NCBI GenBank assembly: GCA_964650265.1
Contig: CAZYQQ010000010.1
Location: 1-64,000, forward strand
Length of the DNA: 64,000 nucleotides
Direction of reading: 5' to 3'
Origin: an uncultured Planctomycetaceae bacterium
Lineage (GTDB): Bacteria > Planctomycetota > Planctomycetia > Pirellulales > Lacipirellulaceae
The translations under genes were made by a program, and so were the position numbers. The notes beneath the pieces are model-generated. The model had not been told where the DNA came from. It was given only the letters and a program-made list of their open reading frames with translations, and made no database searches. Positions 9,696-18,051 of this stretch are shown here, piece after piece; within the stretch, counting starts at the first letter, position 1; each line of letters starts with the position of its first letter.

Positions 9696-10121
9696 GTGCA
9701 TCTCGTTATCGCTCGTAGCTGGATTATCGCTCGAACGTGGCCCGATGCGTTCGACACGGCGGTGCTCGTCTATTGCATGGCCCTCTTCATCGGACTCCCG
9801 GCAGTTGGCTATTACTTCCTGGCCTGCGACGTCAGGGCACACTTGCGGCGGTTTCGCAACGCGATGGTCCTGGTAACGCGCTACGCGACCCGACTGCCGG
9901 CGTGGGTCACCAAGGAAAGATGGATCAGTGGGCAAACGCCGCGCTGCCTCGCCAGCTTGGGTTTGACCCTCCCTTTCACCGAAGCCGAACTGCTTCACGC
10001 CTACCGGCAGAGGGTCAAACAGGCCCATCCCGATCGTGGGGGCGACCCCGAGGCCTTTCTGCTGCTCCAGCGCTACTTCGAAGAAGCGAAGACATTCCTC
10101 GAACCGACTTCCGAGTCTTAA
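9696..10121 (+). CDS. Membrane-anchored J-domain protein.
   Basis: N-terminal TM segment (VLVYCMALFIGLPAVGYYF). C-terminal J-domain with the HPD tripeptide (LLHAYRQRVKQAHPDRGGDPEAF). The track start is GTG; an ATG at 9777 is an alternative. Confidence 0.55.
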   Translation: MHLVIARSWIIARTWPDAFDTAVLVYCMALFIGLPAVGYYFLACDVRAHLRRFRNAMVLVTRYATRLPAWVTKERWISGQTPRCLASLGLTLPFTEAELLHAYRQRVKQAHPDRGGDPEAFLLLQRYFEEAKTFLEPTSES

Positions 10122-10124
10122 CGA

Positions 10125-11042
10125 ATGAACGCACATCGCATGCCGCGACGTACTCTCTCCGACCTGCCCCACTGGGTGTTGCGCGCGGGTTTGCTGCTGA
10201 GCTCCACCAGCTACATCGTTTGGATGGCGAAGGTCGACGAAACTCCCCTCCTCGGTTGGTTGTGGAGTCCGGGGGATGTCGGCGGCCTGGGACTGGGGGA
10301 GACGACGGCGATGGGGGTCCAGCGCGCGATCGCCCTCGCGCTCGGTCTGGCCGCGCTCCTGCTGGTGTGGCGGCCTTGGCGAGTGTTGCTCGCCGCGATC
10401 TTTCTGTTTCAGTTCGTCTGGGCCACGGCCATGAGCCAGAAGCTCGAAGGCTATCCCCTCGATCTGGTCGCATGGGACGACACCCCGCTGGCTTTCCTGG
10501 GAGCGTGGCTTCCCTCCCTCTTTCCTTACGCCACCGAGGCGGCCCGCGTGGTCGCCCCCTTGGTCCTCTGGCGGATGGTGGTGGCCCGTCAAGCCGATCC
10601 CACGGGCTGGGGGCGATCTCCCAGTGCCGAGTGGCTCGCTCGGGGAGGGGTCGCGCTGACCTTTGCTGCCCACGGCATCGAAGCACTGCTTCACTATCCC
10701 GCGTTCGTCGACATGCTCATCATATCGTTTGCCAATCTTGGCTTCCCGACACTCAGCGAAGGGGCCGCGAAAGGGGCCCTGACCGCGATCGGCACGATCG
10801 ACCTCGGCCTGGCCGTGGGAGTACTTTTCACTCGTTGGCCGCCGATCGTCGCCTACATGGCCTTCTGGGGCTTTACGACGGCGATGGCGCGCGTTGTGAT
10901 GCGAGGGTGGGAATTAGGCGGGATCGACGCGGCAGTCCGCACGGCCCACTTTGCACTCCCGCTCGTATTGTTGATATGGTGGTATCAGACTCGCCGGGTT
11001 CCCACGGGGGCCCCACCCGTACCTTCCTTGGATTCCGCATGA
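10125..11042 (+). CDS. Polytopic membrane protein, function unknown.
   Basis: At least six hydrophobic helices. Its stop overlaps the next gene's start in an ATGA arrangement. Confidence 0.5.
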   Translation: MNAHRMPRRTLSDLPHWVLRAGLLLSSTSYIVWMAKVDETPLLGWLWSPGDVGGLGLGETTAMGVQRAIALALGLAALLLVWRPWRVLLAAIFLFQFVWATAMSQKLEGYPLDLVAWDDTPLAFLGAWLPSLFPYATEAARVVAPLVLWRMVVARQADPTGWGRSPSAEWLARGGVALTFAAHGIEALLHYPAFVDMLIISFANLGFPTLSEGAAKGALTAIGTIDLGLAVGVLFTRWPPIVAYMAFWGFTTAMARVVMRGWELGGIDAAVRTAHFALPLVLLIWWYQTRRVPTGAPPVPSLDSA

Positions 11043-12271
11043 GACCTCTCCCAACGATTGCCTGCTGGTTGTTCGCCGCATCCTTCCTATTGTCGGCCCT
11101 GTCGCCGGACTGCGCGGGCCAAGAGCCCCTGCCGGCCGGGCCCCACAATATCCGGGTTGTCTGGAAAGGGGACGCGCGCCATACGGCCACCGTTTCCTGG
11201 ACCACCGCCAGTGAGGGGGGGTCCCACATCCTTCGCTATCGACCGGCTGGCAGCGACGAGTGGACGTCGCTGGAGTGCCAGCGGAGCGGTCGCCATCTGG
11301 GGAGGCTGGAGGAAGGAAAGCGACTCTACTTCCATCACGCCCGCCTCGCCGATCTCGAGCCGGGAACGCGCTACGACGTGGAGTGCGAAAGCGACGGCGA
11401 GAAACAGCCGCGCAATCTGTATTTCAATACGGCACCGGCAGAGGATCTCCCGGTGGCGATTCTGTTTGGCGGCGATAGCCGATCGGGGACCGCGGCCAGG
11501 CAGTCGATAAATCGGATGATGGCCCGCATGGTCGCGGAACAGACGGCTGCCGGTCGCCCGACGATTCTGGCCCTGGCCCACGGGGGAGACTTCGTGGCCG
11601 ATGGTCGCAAGCTGCTCCAGTGGTACGAGTGGCTCACCGACCACGAGTTGACCATCGGTGCCGACGGGCGTCTCTTGCCCATCATCCCGACCAGGGGGAA
11701 CCACGACGTCGGCCCCTTGATCGACGAACTCTTCGACTTCCCGGTGGGGGATGGCAACTACTACACCACCGACATTGGCCCCCAAGTCCGCTTGACGACG
11801 CTCAATACCGAAATCTCCACCGCGGGCGATCAGCAGCAGTGGCTCACCGAGGAACTCGAAGCCAACCGTCGCAAGTTCCGCTGGTATCTGGCCCAGTACC
11901 ACACGCCGGCCTTCCCCGCCGTCAAAGTCCCCAGCACCGCCTATGGAAGCTGGGTGCCTCTGTTTGAAAAGCATCGCCTCGACCTCGTGTGCGAGGCCGA
12001 CGGTCACAACATCAAGCGGACCTCGCCGATACTCGGCAACAAGATCGATCCCGACGGGGTTGTCTACATTGGCGAAGGGGGATTGGGGGTCGGCCAGCGG
12101 ACCCCCAAGACCGATCGTTGGTACCTCAAGGAGGTGGCCGATAAGAATAGCGAAGGGCACCACGTCCACTTGCTCACATTTCAACAGGATCACCTCGATG
12201 TCCGCGTGATTCGCGAGGGGGGTGAAACCTTCGACAACTTCCAAATCTCTCCACGCAAGTGGAACGACTGA
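11039..12271 (+). CDS. Secreted calcineurin-like metallophosphoesterase (purple-acid-phosphatase-like, with an FN3-like N-terminal module).
   Basis: Signal peptide MRPLPTIACWLFAASFLLSA. Metallophosphatase motifs GGDSRS, GDFVADG, GNHD and GHNIKR. This is in frame with, and is the real part of, the long track ORF 9737..12271. Confidence 0.7.
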   Translation: MRPLPTIACWLFAASFLLSALSPDCAGQEPLPAGPHNIRVVWKGDARHTATVSWTTASEGGSHILRYRPAGSDEWTSLECQRSGRHLGRLEEGKRLYFHHARLADLEPGTRYDVECESDGEKQPRNLYFNTAPAEDLPVAILFGGDSRSGTAARQSINRMMARMVAEQTAAGRPTILALAHGGDFVADGRKLLQWYEWLTDHELTIGADGRLLPIIPTRGNHDVGPLIDELFDFPVGDGNYYTTDIGPQVRLTTLNTEISTAGDQQQWLTEELEANRRKFRWYLAQYHTPAFPAVKVPSTAYGSWVPLFEKHRLDLVCEADGHNIKRTSPILGNKIDPDGVVYIGEGGLGVGQRTPKTDRWYLKEVADKNSEGHHVHLLTFQQDHLDVRVIREGGETFDNFQISPRKWND

Positions 12272-12286
12272 CGGGGGAACGCGTTG

Positions 12287-13465
12287 ATGGCTCTCTTCGC
12301 TCGCGTAAGTCAGGCCGTGGGACGCTTCCGCCCCCGTTCGTCGTGGCGGATGTGGGCCCATGGAGCGATTGCCGCGGTGGTGGTCATCGTGCTGGTCGAG
12401 AGCTTCGTCACCTTCGGCCTGGTGGTCCCGGTGCGTGTGGCTGGGAGCTCGATGAGCCCCACCTTCGAGGGGGCCCATGCCGAGATCGACTGCCCGCGAT
12501 GCAATTGGCGGTTCGACGTGGGGCTCGACCAACTTCCCCTCGACCGTCCCCTGCTCTGCCCCGATTGCCGCGCGGAGTTCCCTCTGCCAGAAGAGATCGA
12601 CCACCAGCCGGGTGAGCGGTTGGTGATCGACCGCACACGGCACGCGGCGCACAACCCGCGGCGCTGGGAGGTCGTCGTGCTGCGCAGCTCCGAGCACGAA
12701 GGGGGCCTCTGCGTCAAACGGATCGTTGGGCTCCCCGGCGAGCGGCTCGCCTTTCGCGATGGCGACGTATGGGCCAACGGCCAAATGATCCGCAAGCCGC
12801 TCGACGACCAGCTCGCCCTGCGGCAACTCGTCCACCACGAGCGCGACGCGCTGCGGTGTTGGCACGCGACGGACCCCGCCTGGCGCTGGACTGATGAGGG
12901 CTGGCAGTCGGAGGGTGCCACCGCGGCCCTGCTCAGCTTTGCCCCGGCGACCGGCGCTCCGCTGACCGACGACCTCGCCACCAACCAGCGGGCGTCGCGG
13001 CGACCCCATTTGATAGCCGACCTGATGCTGACCTGCCGGGTCGCCCCCCTCGGACCCGCGTCGCTCCAGGCCCGCTGCACGTGGGACAAGCGGACTTGCG
13101 AGACGGCCCCGCTCTCCATGGCCACTGGGAAGGACGGTTTCGACCTCGTCGTCTCGTGGTTCGACCAACAATTGCTCGTGGCCATCGATGGCCAGATTGT
13201 CGAGCAACGAGTCTTCGCCGATCCCTGGCCCGGCTCTCCCGCGCTCGAACTCGCGGCAACGGGTTCGATGCGACTGTCGGATCTCCAGGTGTGGCGCGAC
13301 ATCCACTACCACACCAGGCCGGGAGATGCACTGCCGCGGGGCCCAATCCCGCGGGAGCATTACTTTGTCGTGGGGGACAACGTCGCCATCTCGTCCGACT
13401 CGCGCAACTGGCCGGGGGCGGGAGTGCCGCTCAAGAACCTCGTGGGGGGGATCGTCGGTTACTGA
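12287..13465 (+). CDS. lepB: Signal peptidase I (S26) with an inserted CxxC..CxxC zinc-ribbon and a long insertion.
   Basis: S26 boxes GSSMSPTF (catalytic Ser), VKRIVGLPGE, and GDNVAISSDSR at the C-terminal end. CPRC..CPDC sits between boxes. ATG at 12287 is preferred over the TTG at 12284. Confidence 0.75.
   Translation: MALFARVSQAVGRFRPRSSWRMWAHGAIAAVVVIVLVESFVTFGLVVPVRVAGSSMSPTFEGAHAEIDCPRCNWRFDVGLDQLPLDRPLLCPDCRAEFPLPEEIDHQPGERLVIDRTRHAAHNPRRWEVVVLRSSEHEGGLCVKRIVGLPGERLAFRDGDVWANGQMIRKPLDDQLALRQLVHHERDALRCWHATDPAWRWTDEGWQSEGATAALLSFAPATGAPLTDDLATNQRASRRPHLIADLMLTCRVAPLGPASLQARCTWDKRTCETAPLSMATGKDGFDLVVSWFDQQLLVAIDGQIVEQRVFADPWPGSPALELAATGSMRLSDLQVWRDIHYHTRPGDALPRGPIPREHYFVVGDNVAISSDSRNWPGAGVPLKNLVGGIVGY
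13440..13464. repeat. 25-bp direct repeat (CGTGGGGGGGATCGTCGGTTACTGA), copy 1, at the lepB 3' end. Copy 2 is at 13519-13543.
   Basis: Both copies encode ..VG(G/R)IVGY*. The 54-bp spacer between them is the TCAGG-rich element. Confidence 0.55.
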
Positions 13466-13466
13466 A

Positions 13467-13522
13467 GCGGAGAGGGGGCAGAGGTCAGGGGTCAGGTTTC
13501 AGGTGTCAGGGACAAGAACGTC
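13467..13522. repeat. TCAGG-rich element (AGCGGAGAGGGGGCAGAGGTCAGGGGTCAGGTTTCAGGTGTCAGGGACAAG) lying between the 25-bp direct repeats.
   Basis: Related to 395-440. Flanked by the duplicated lepB gene end. Confidence 0.5.
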
Positions 13523-13539
13523 GTGGGTAGGATCGTCGG

Positions 13540-15180
13540 TTACTGACTTGGTGAGGTCGCCGCCCACTCGGCGAGCCGCTCGCGTTGGATTTTCGCATTG
13601 TGGCGGATGTCGGTCGGCAACTTGGGATGGACCAACACACTTGTCACCTGACGACTCACGTCGTGCTCGTGCAGGAGCGCGAGGACCTGCGCCTGGATAC
13701 CTGCTGCTGAGGCGTTGTCGCGTAACTCGACGACCACGATCGGGGCCCCCTCGACTCCCACCAGCGCCGATCGCTTCACTGCGGGATGCGAGTTGGCGAT
13801 CCCCTCGACCTGCTCGGTGAAGAGCATCCCCGCGGATGTCACCACCCGCTGCGACTTCCGCCCGCAGTACCAGAACCTCCCTTCGGCATCGAAGTAGCCT
13901 ACGTCCCCCAGCCGGTGCCACAGATGCTCGCCGTCGGCGATCTTGCTCAGGGCATTCGGATCGACTGTCATCCAGGGGCTGGTGAGATAGCGCCGCGAAA
14001 CCTGCGGCCCGCGGACCACCAACTCGCCAATCTCACCCTGGGGAAGCTCTCGCGCTTCGTCGATCGTTTTGATCGCCTCGTCGGTGATTTCGATCACGCG
14101 CCAGTCGATCGACAGGGCCCGGCGCCCCACGCAGACCCCCCTCCCCTGGGCGGTCGCCTCGTCGGTCCCGCCGAGTAACTCCGCCGCTTCGATGGTCGAG
14201 ACAGGGAGCGATTCGGTCGCCCCATAAGGCGTGTGCAGCCGCGCGTCAGGGGCGACACAGACGAGTGTCTGCCGAATGACCTCCGCCGGCACCGGAGCAC
14301 CGCACGAAAAGACCTCTCGCAACGTGGGAATCGTCGTGCCGGTCGTCTCGCAGTAGGTACTTAGCCGGTCCCACACCGCCGGCGAGGCGAACGACTGCGT
14401 GACCCGCCACTTGTTGGCCGCCGCCACCAGCTTTGCCGGGTCGGCGCTCGCCGGGCGGCTGAAGTCCATCTCGGGGAGGACTGTCGTGATCCCCAGCGCC
14501 ACGTTGAACAGCCCGAAGAGGGGAAAGCAGGCGAGGTCAATTCCCCCCGGCGCGAGGCCGTACATCCGCTCGATTTCGGTAAGCTGGGTGACGAACGTCT
14601 CGTGGCGATACTCGACCCCCTTCGGTGGGCCGGTACTCCCCGAGGTGAAGACGATCGCCGCTGGGTCGTCGCCATGGGTGACCGGCAAATCGACTCGCCC
14701 GGTCCGCTCTCCCAGTTGCCGGAGTTTGGCCAGTGTCGTTCCCCCCCAGCCCCAGCGCGAGCCGACCATCACGTTGAGCCGCGCGCGGGGGAACTCCCGC
14801 CGCTTCGCGATCCGCAGCACGTGGCCGATGCCGATCGCGACAAATCCCTCCGGCTCGGTCGCGGCGAGACAGCGGACGATGTTCTCTCGCCCGAGCGCCC
14901 CGTCGACCAGCACCATCGCGGCCCCGCTCCGCAACAGTGCGAACACAAGGGTCACGAAGTCGATCCCCGGCTTCACCAAGAGCGCCAGCCGCATACCGGG
15001 GCGCACGCCAAGCTCAATGAGCCCGCGGGCCAGGAGGTCCGCGTCGCGATCGAGCTGTGCGAGCGTGACCCGCCGTTCCCGACCCCAAGCCTCGACCAGC
15101 GCGAGCCGCTCGGGCTCGCGCCGCGCCGACTCGGCCAGCCGGTCGGCGACGTTCACTCGGATTGCCGGGAATTCATCCAT
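13540..15180 (-). CDS. AMP-dependent synthetase/ligase (acyl-CoA synthetase family).
   Basis: AMP-binding signature TSGSTGPPKG. Adenylation core motifs YGATE and GELVVRGP, and a conserved C-terminal Lys region. Confidence 0.8.
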   Translation of the reverse strand: MDEFPAIRVNVADRLAESARREPERLALVEAWGRERRVTLAQLDRDADLLARGLIELGVRPGMRLALLVKPGIDFVTLVFALLRSGAAMVLVDGALGRENIVRCLAATEPEGFVAIGIGHVLRIAKRREFPRARLNVMVGSRWGWGGTTLAKLRQLGERTGRVDLPVTHGDDPAAIVFTSGSTGPPKGVEYRHETFVTQLTEIERMYGLAPGGIDLACFPLFGLFNVALGITTVLPEMDFSRPASADPAKLVAAANKWRVTQSFASPAVWDRLSTYCETTGTTIPTLREVFSCGAPVPAEVIRQTLVCVAPDARLHTPYGATESLPVSTIEAAELLGGTDEATAQGRGVCVGRRALSIDWRVIEITDEAIKTIDEARELPQGEIGELVVRGPQVSRRYLTSPWMTVDPNALSKIADGEHLWHRLGDVGYFDAEGRFWYCGRKSQRVVTSAGMLFTEQVEGIANSHPAVKRSALVGVEGAPIVVVELRDNASAAGIQAQVLALLHEHDVSRQVTSVLVHPKLPTDIRHNAKIQRERLAEWAATSPSQ

Positions 15181-15469
15181 GGCCCGATTCTCTCGCGAGT
15201 GACCATCAGGGGATAGGTGCCTCGCTCGACGGGGTGGCTGGGGTCAGGTTGCGCCAATTGCTTTCCACTGTTGCCGACGCCACCGCAACCTGCCCCCAGC
15301 AGGACTGAGTTTCACCTTGCAACTTGCCTGGGGGCAGATGGTTGCGAGGGAGCTGTTTTCTCAGGCCAAACCGAACATGCGCAACCATCTGACCCCAGCC
15401 ACCCTTGAGTACTTAACCTCGACGACCTTTGGATCACATGACTCGGCAACTCCGAGTGAGAATATGGAA

Positions 15470-17209
15470 TTACTCTCGGCGTGGGCGGGGGGTATCGCCG
15501 GCATCTCCTATCGGGCTGGTCGTTACGGGAACACCATTGGTAGGGGACTTCGCGATCGGCTCGTCCCGCCCGGTGCTACTCTCGCCGACCAGTTTGGCCA
15601 GGGCGTCGGGGATTTCGACTCCGCCGATGTCCTTCATCACCTGGAGCATCGGGGGGAGGGTTCCCGCCATGTTGTGCAGGAAGTCGGCGGTCGAACTGCG
15701 GCCATTCTTGCCGCCGTTTTCCCAGACGACGATCTTGTCGAACTTGATGTTCGAGATCGCCTTGGCGCTGGCGTCGGCCAGGTTGTCGAGGTGTTCGAGC
15801 ATCATCAGTTGGAACGCTTCCTTGGCCCCACCGCACGCCTCGACGATCTGCTTGAGACCCTCACCCTTCTTGGCCAGGATTTCGTACTGCCCGCGGGCTT
15901 CGGCCTCCAGCTTGGCGTAGATGGCGGAGGCTTCACCCATCGCTTCGAGCCGCCGCTTCTCGGCCTCGGCTTCCGCCTCGACCACGATGCGAGCCTTTTC
16001 GGCCTTCGCGGGGGCTTCGAGTTCGGCCCGCTTCTCCGCTTCGACGCGCTCCGCCTCGGCGAGGGCCGCCTTGGCCATGGCACGGTTCTGGACTTCGATC
16101 ACCGCCGCCTCGGCCTCGCGCTTCCGCGATTCCCCCTTCTCGTAGGCGTTGGCCCGTTCCATCATCAGGGTCGCCTGCGACTGGGCGATCTTGGCTTCAG
16201 ACAGGTTTTCGCCGTCGACCGCCAGGGCGTTGGCCTCGGCGACACGGATCCGTTTTTCCTGCTCCGCTTGCTTCACCTGGACTTCGCGCTGGAACTCGGC
16301 CGTTCGCTCACCAACCGTTTGATCCTTGAGCATCTCGGCCACTTTGACGGCCCGGTCGCGCTCGGCCGCCTTTTCGCCGACGACCTGCTCTTTCTCCAGT
16401 TCGGCGATCCGGACCGCCTGTTCCCGCATGGCATCGCGGGTGCCGATTTCGCGAAATTTCACGGCGTTGGCGACCTCGACATCCTTCTCGCGGTCGGCAT
16501 TGGCAACACGAATTTCACCCTGCTTCACCTCGTCGGCCACGTCGGCCCGGGCTTGCTGAATGGCCTGCGAGGCGGCCTTTTGGCCGATGGCGTCGATGTA
16601 GCCCGACTCGTCGGTGATGTCGGTGATGTTGACGTTGATCAGGACGAGGCCGATCTTTTTGAGTTCGGGCTCGACCGAGTTCTGAATGTGGGTCAGAAAG
16701 GAATCGCGATCACGATTGATGTCCTCGATACCCATGGAGGCGATTACTTGCCGAAGTTGGCCGAAGATGATTTCCTCGGCCTGCTTGCGGATCTGGGCGG
16801 TCGTCAACTTGAGCAATCGAATGGCGGCGTTGTTCATTACTGCCGGCTCGGTACCGATGGCTACCGTGAACACGCTGGGAACATTAACGCGAATGTTTTC
16901 GATCGAGAGTGCGCCACGCAACGGAATCTCGATTTGAATCGGTTCAAGGCTGAGGTATTCATACGACTGGATGACAGGCCAGACGAATTCACCGCCACCG
17001 TGTACCGTTTTGGCGGTGGCGCCCCCTTTGCCCGTCATCGCACCATAGATCACCAGCACCTGATTGCTGCTGCAGCGTTTGTAGAACAACTTCACAACGC
17101 TGGCGAGCAACATCAAGATCAAGCCGATTGCGAGCGCCCAGCCGATCGGCCCGACCCACTTCATGATCTCTTCAGGGATATCTTGACCCAGGAGCAGATA
17201 AGCTGACAT
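15470..17209 (-). CDS. Flotillin-like SPFH/band-7 protein (FloT/YqiK-like).
   Basis: N-terminal TM, SPFH domain, long Ala/Glu-rich coiled coil (EAEAEKRRLEA..), flotillin C-terminus. Confidence 0.8.
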   Translation of the reverse strand: MSAYLLLGQDIPEEIMKWVGPIGWALAIGLILMLLASVVKLFYKRCSSNQVLVIYGAMTGKGGATAKTVHGGGEFVWPVIQSYEYLSLEPIQIEIPLRGALSIENIRVNVPSVFTVAIGTEPAVMNNAAIRLLKLTTAQIRKQAEEIIFGQLRQVIASMGIEDINRDRDSFLTHIQNSVEPELKKIGLVLINVNITDITDESGYIDAIGQKAASQAIQQARADVADEVKQGEIRVANADREKDVEVANAVKFREIGTRDAMREQAVRIAELEKEQVVGEKAAERDRAVKVAEMLKDQTVGERTAEFQREVQVKQAEQEKRIRVAEANALAVDGENLSEAKIAQSQATLMMERANAYEKGESRKREAEAAVIEVQNRAMAKAALAEAERVEAEKRAELEAPAKAEKARIVVEAEAEAEKRRLEAMGEASAIYAKLEAEARGQYEILAKKGEGLKQIVEACGGAKEAFQLMMLEHLDNLADASAKAISNIKFDKIVVWENGGKNGRSSTADFLHNMAGTLPPMLQVMKDIGGVEIPDALAKLVGESSTGRDEPIAKSPTNGVPVTTSPIGDAGDTPRPRRE

Positions 17210-17268
17210 CGTTGACCTCGATAGTTGGAGTGAGCCGGTTTGTGCTTAACTTGTGGGAAACTTGTTGT

Positions 17269-17853
17269 TCAAGCCGAGCCGAGAGGCCGAACTTGGACCG
17301 TGTCGGAGTTGACGACATCAACGATTTCCACATGCTCGCCAGTGGCGAGGACGCGATCCTCGTCGGAACTTGCTTGATACTCGACAATGCGTCCCTGCAT
17401 TTCAAAATGGATCTTTCCCAAGCCCGCCCCATGGGGCGGGACAGGTACATAGATCTGACCACATCGTCCCACCGCATTGCGAATGTCTTCCGATCCACTC
17501 GATCGCAAACGGAACAGTTGTTTGAAGGCCCAATAAACCGAGTACATGGCCGCAAAGCCCGCGAAGAGTGCGAGCGCAAGGGTCACGTTCTCATTGAAGT
17601 TGTACGCTTGCCCGGTGAGTCCGGTCAGGCCAAAGAACATCGCAGCGGCCGCGAGTGTCCGAAGCGAAATAATCTCCAGCACCCATAAGCCGGCGTCGTG
17701 ATCCGCCGCGCCGTCACCTCCCAGGTCGAGGTCGAGATCGGCATCCCCTCCCCCCTCCCCCCCATCTTCGCCCCCGACGAACATGAACAGAAGCTGGAGC
17801 AGCAGAAAGACTCCACCGATCGTGGCAGCGTAGAAGTAGATTGTTCCCAACAT
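17269..17853 (-). CDS. NfeD-like membrane protein (YuaF/YqiJ-type partner of flotillin).
   Basis: TM helices plus a C-terminal OB-fold-like beta segment (GRIVEYQASSDEDRVLATGEHVEIVDV). It lies immediately upstream of flotillin on the same strand. Confidence 0.65.
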   Translation of the reverse strand: MLGTIYFYAATIGGVFLLLQLLFMFVGGEDGGEGGGDADLDLDLGGDGAADHDAGLWVLEIISLRTLAAAAMFFGLTGLTGQAYNFNENVTLALALFAGFAAMYSVYWAFKQLFRLRSSGSEDIRNAVGRCGQIYVPVPPHGAGLGKIHFEMQGRIVEYQASSDEDRVLATGEHVEIVDVVNSDTVQVRPLGSA

Positions 17854-18051
17854 GGCAGTTACCCGGAACAGAAGAAAACGTTACGGAAGTGTGCGTTGCG
17901 TTGAGAGAAGTTCGCCCCCCCTGGGCGAATCTTGCCAAAAATCGCCCCGGCAGGTTCTTCCCCCTGGGGCGATTCTAACGCATTTCCGGGCAGGGGGGCT
18001 CTACCCACCCCCCTTTCTCTCTCCCCAGAGGCCCAGCCAGCCCGACGATCC

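Noticed and set aside
11087-13360. 757-aa minus-strand ORF spanning the phosphoesterase and lepB genes.
   Set aside because: It lies antisense to two genes with clear catalytic motifs. Its own translation is RG-rich and has no motifs.
15317-17206. 629-aa plus-strand ORF opposite flotillin.
   Set aside because: It is antisense to a well-supported SPFH/flotillin gene. Low-complexity Leu/Gly/Asp translation.
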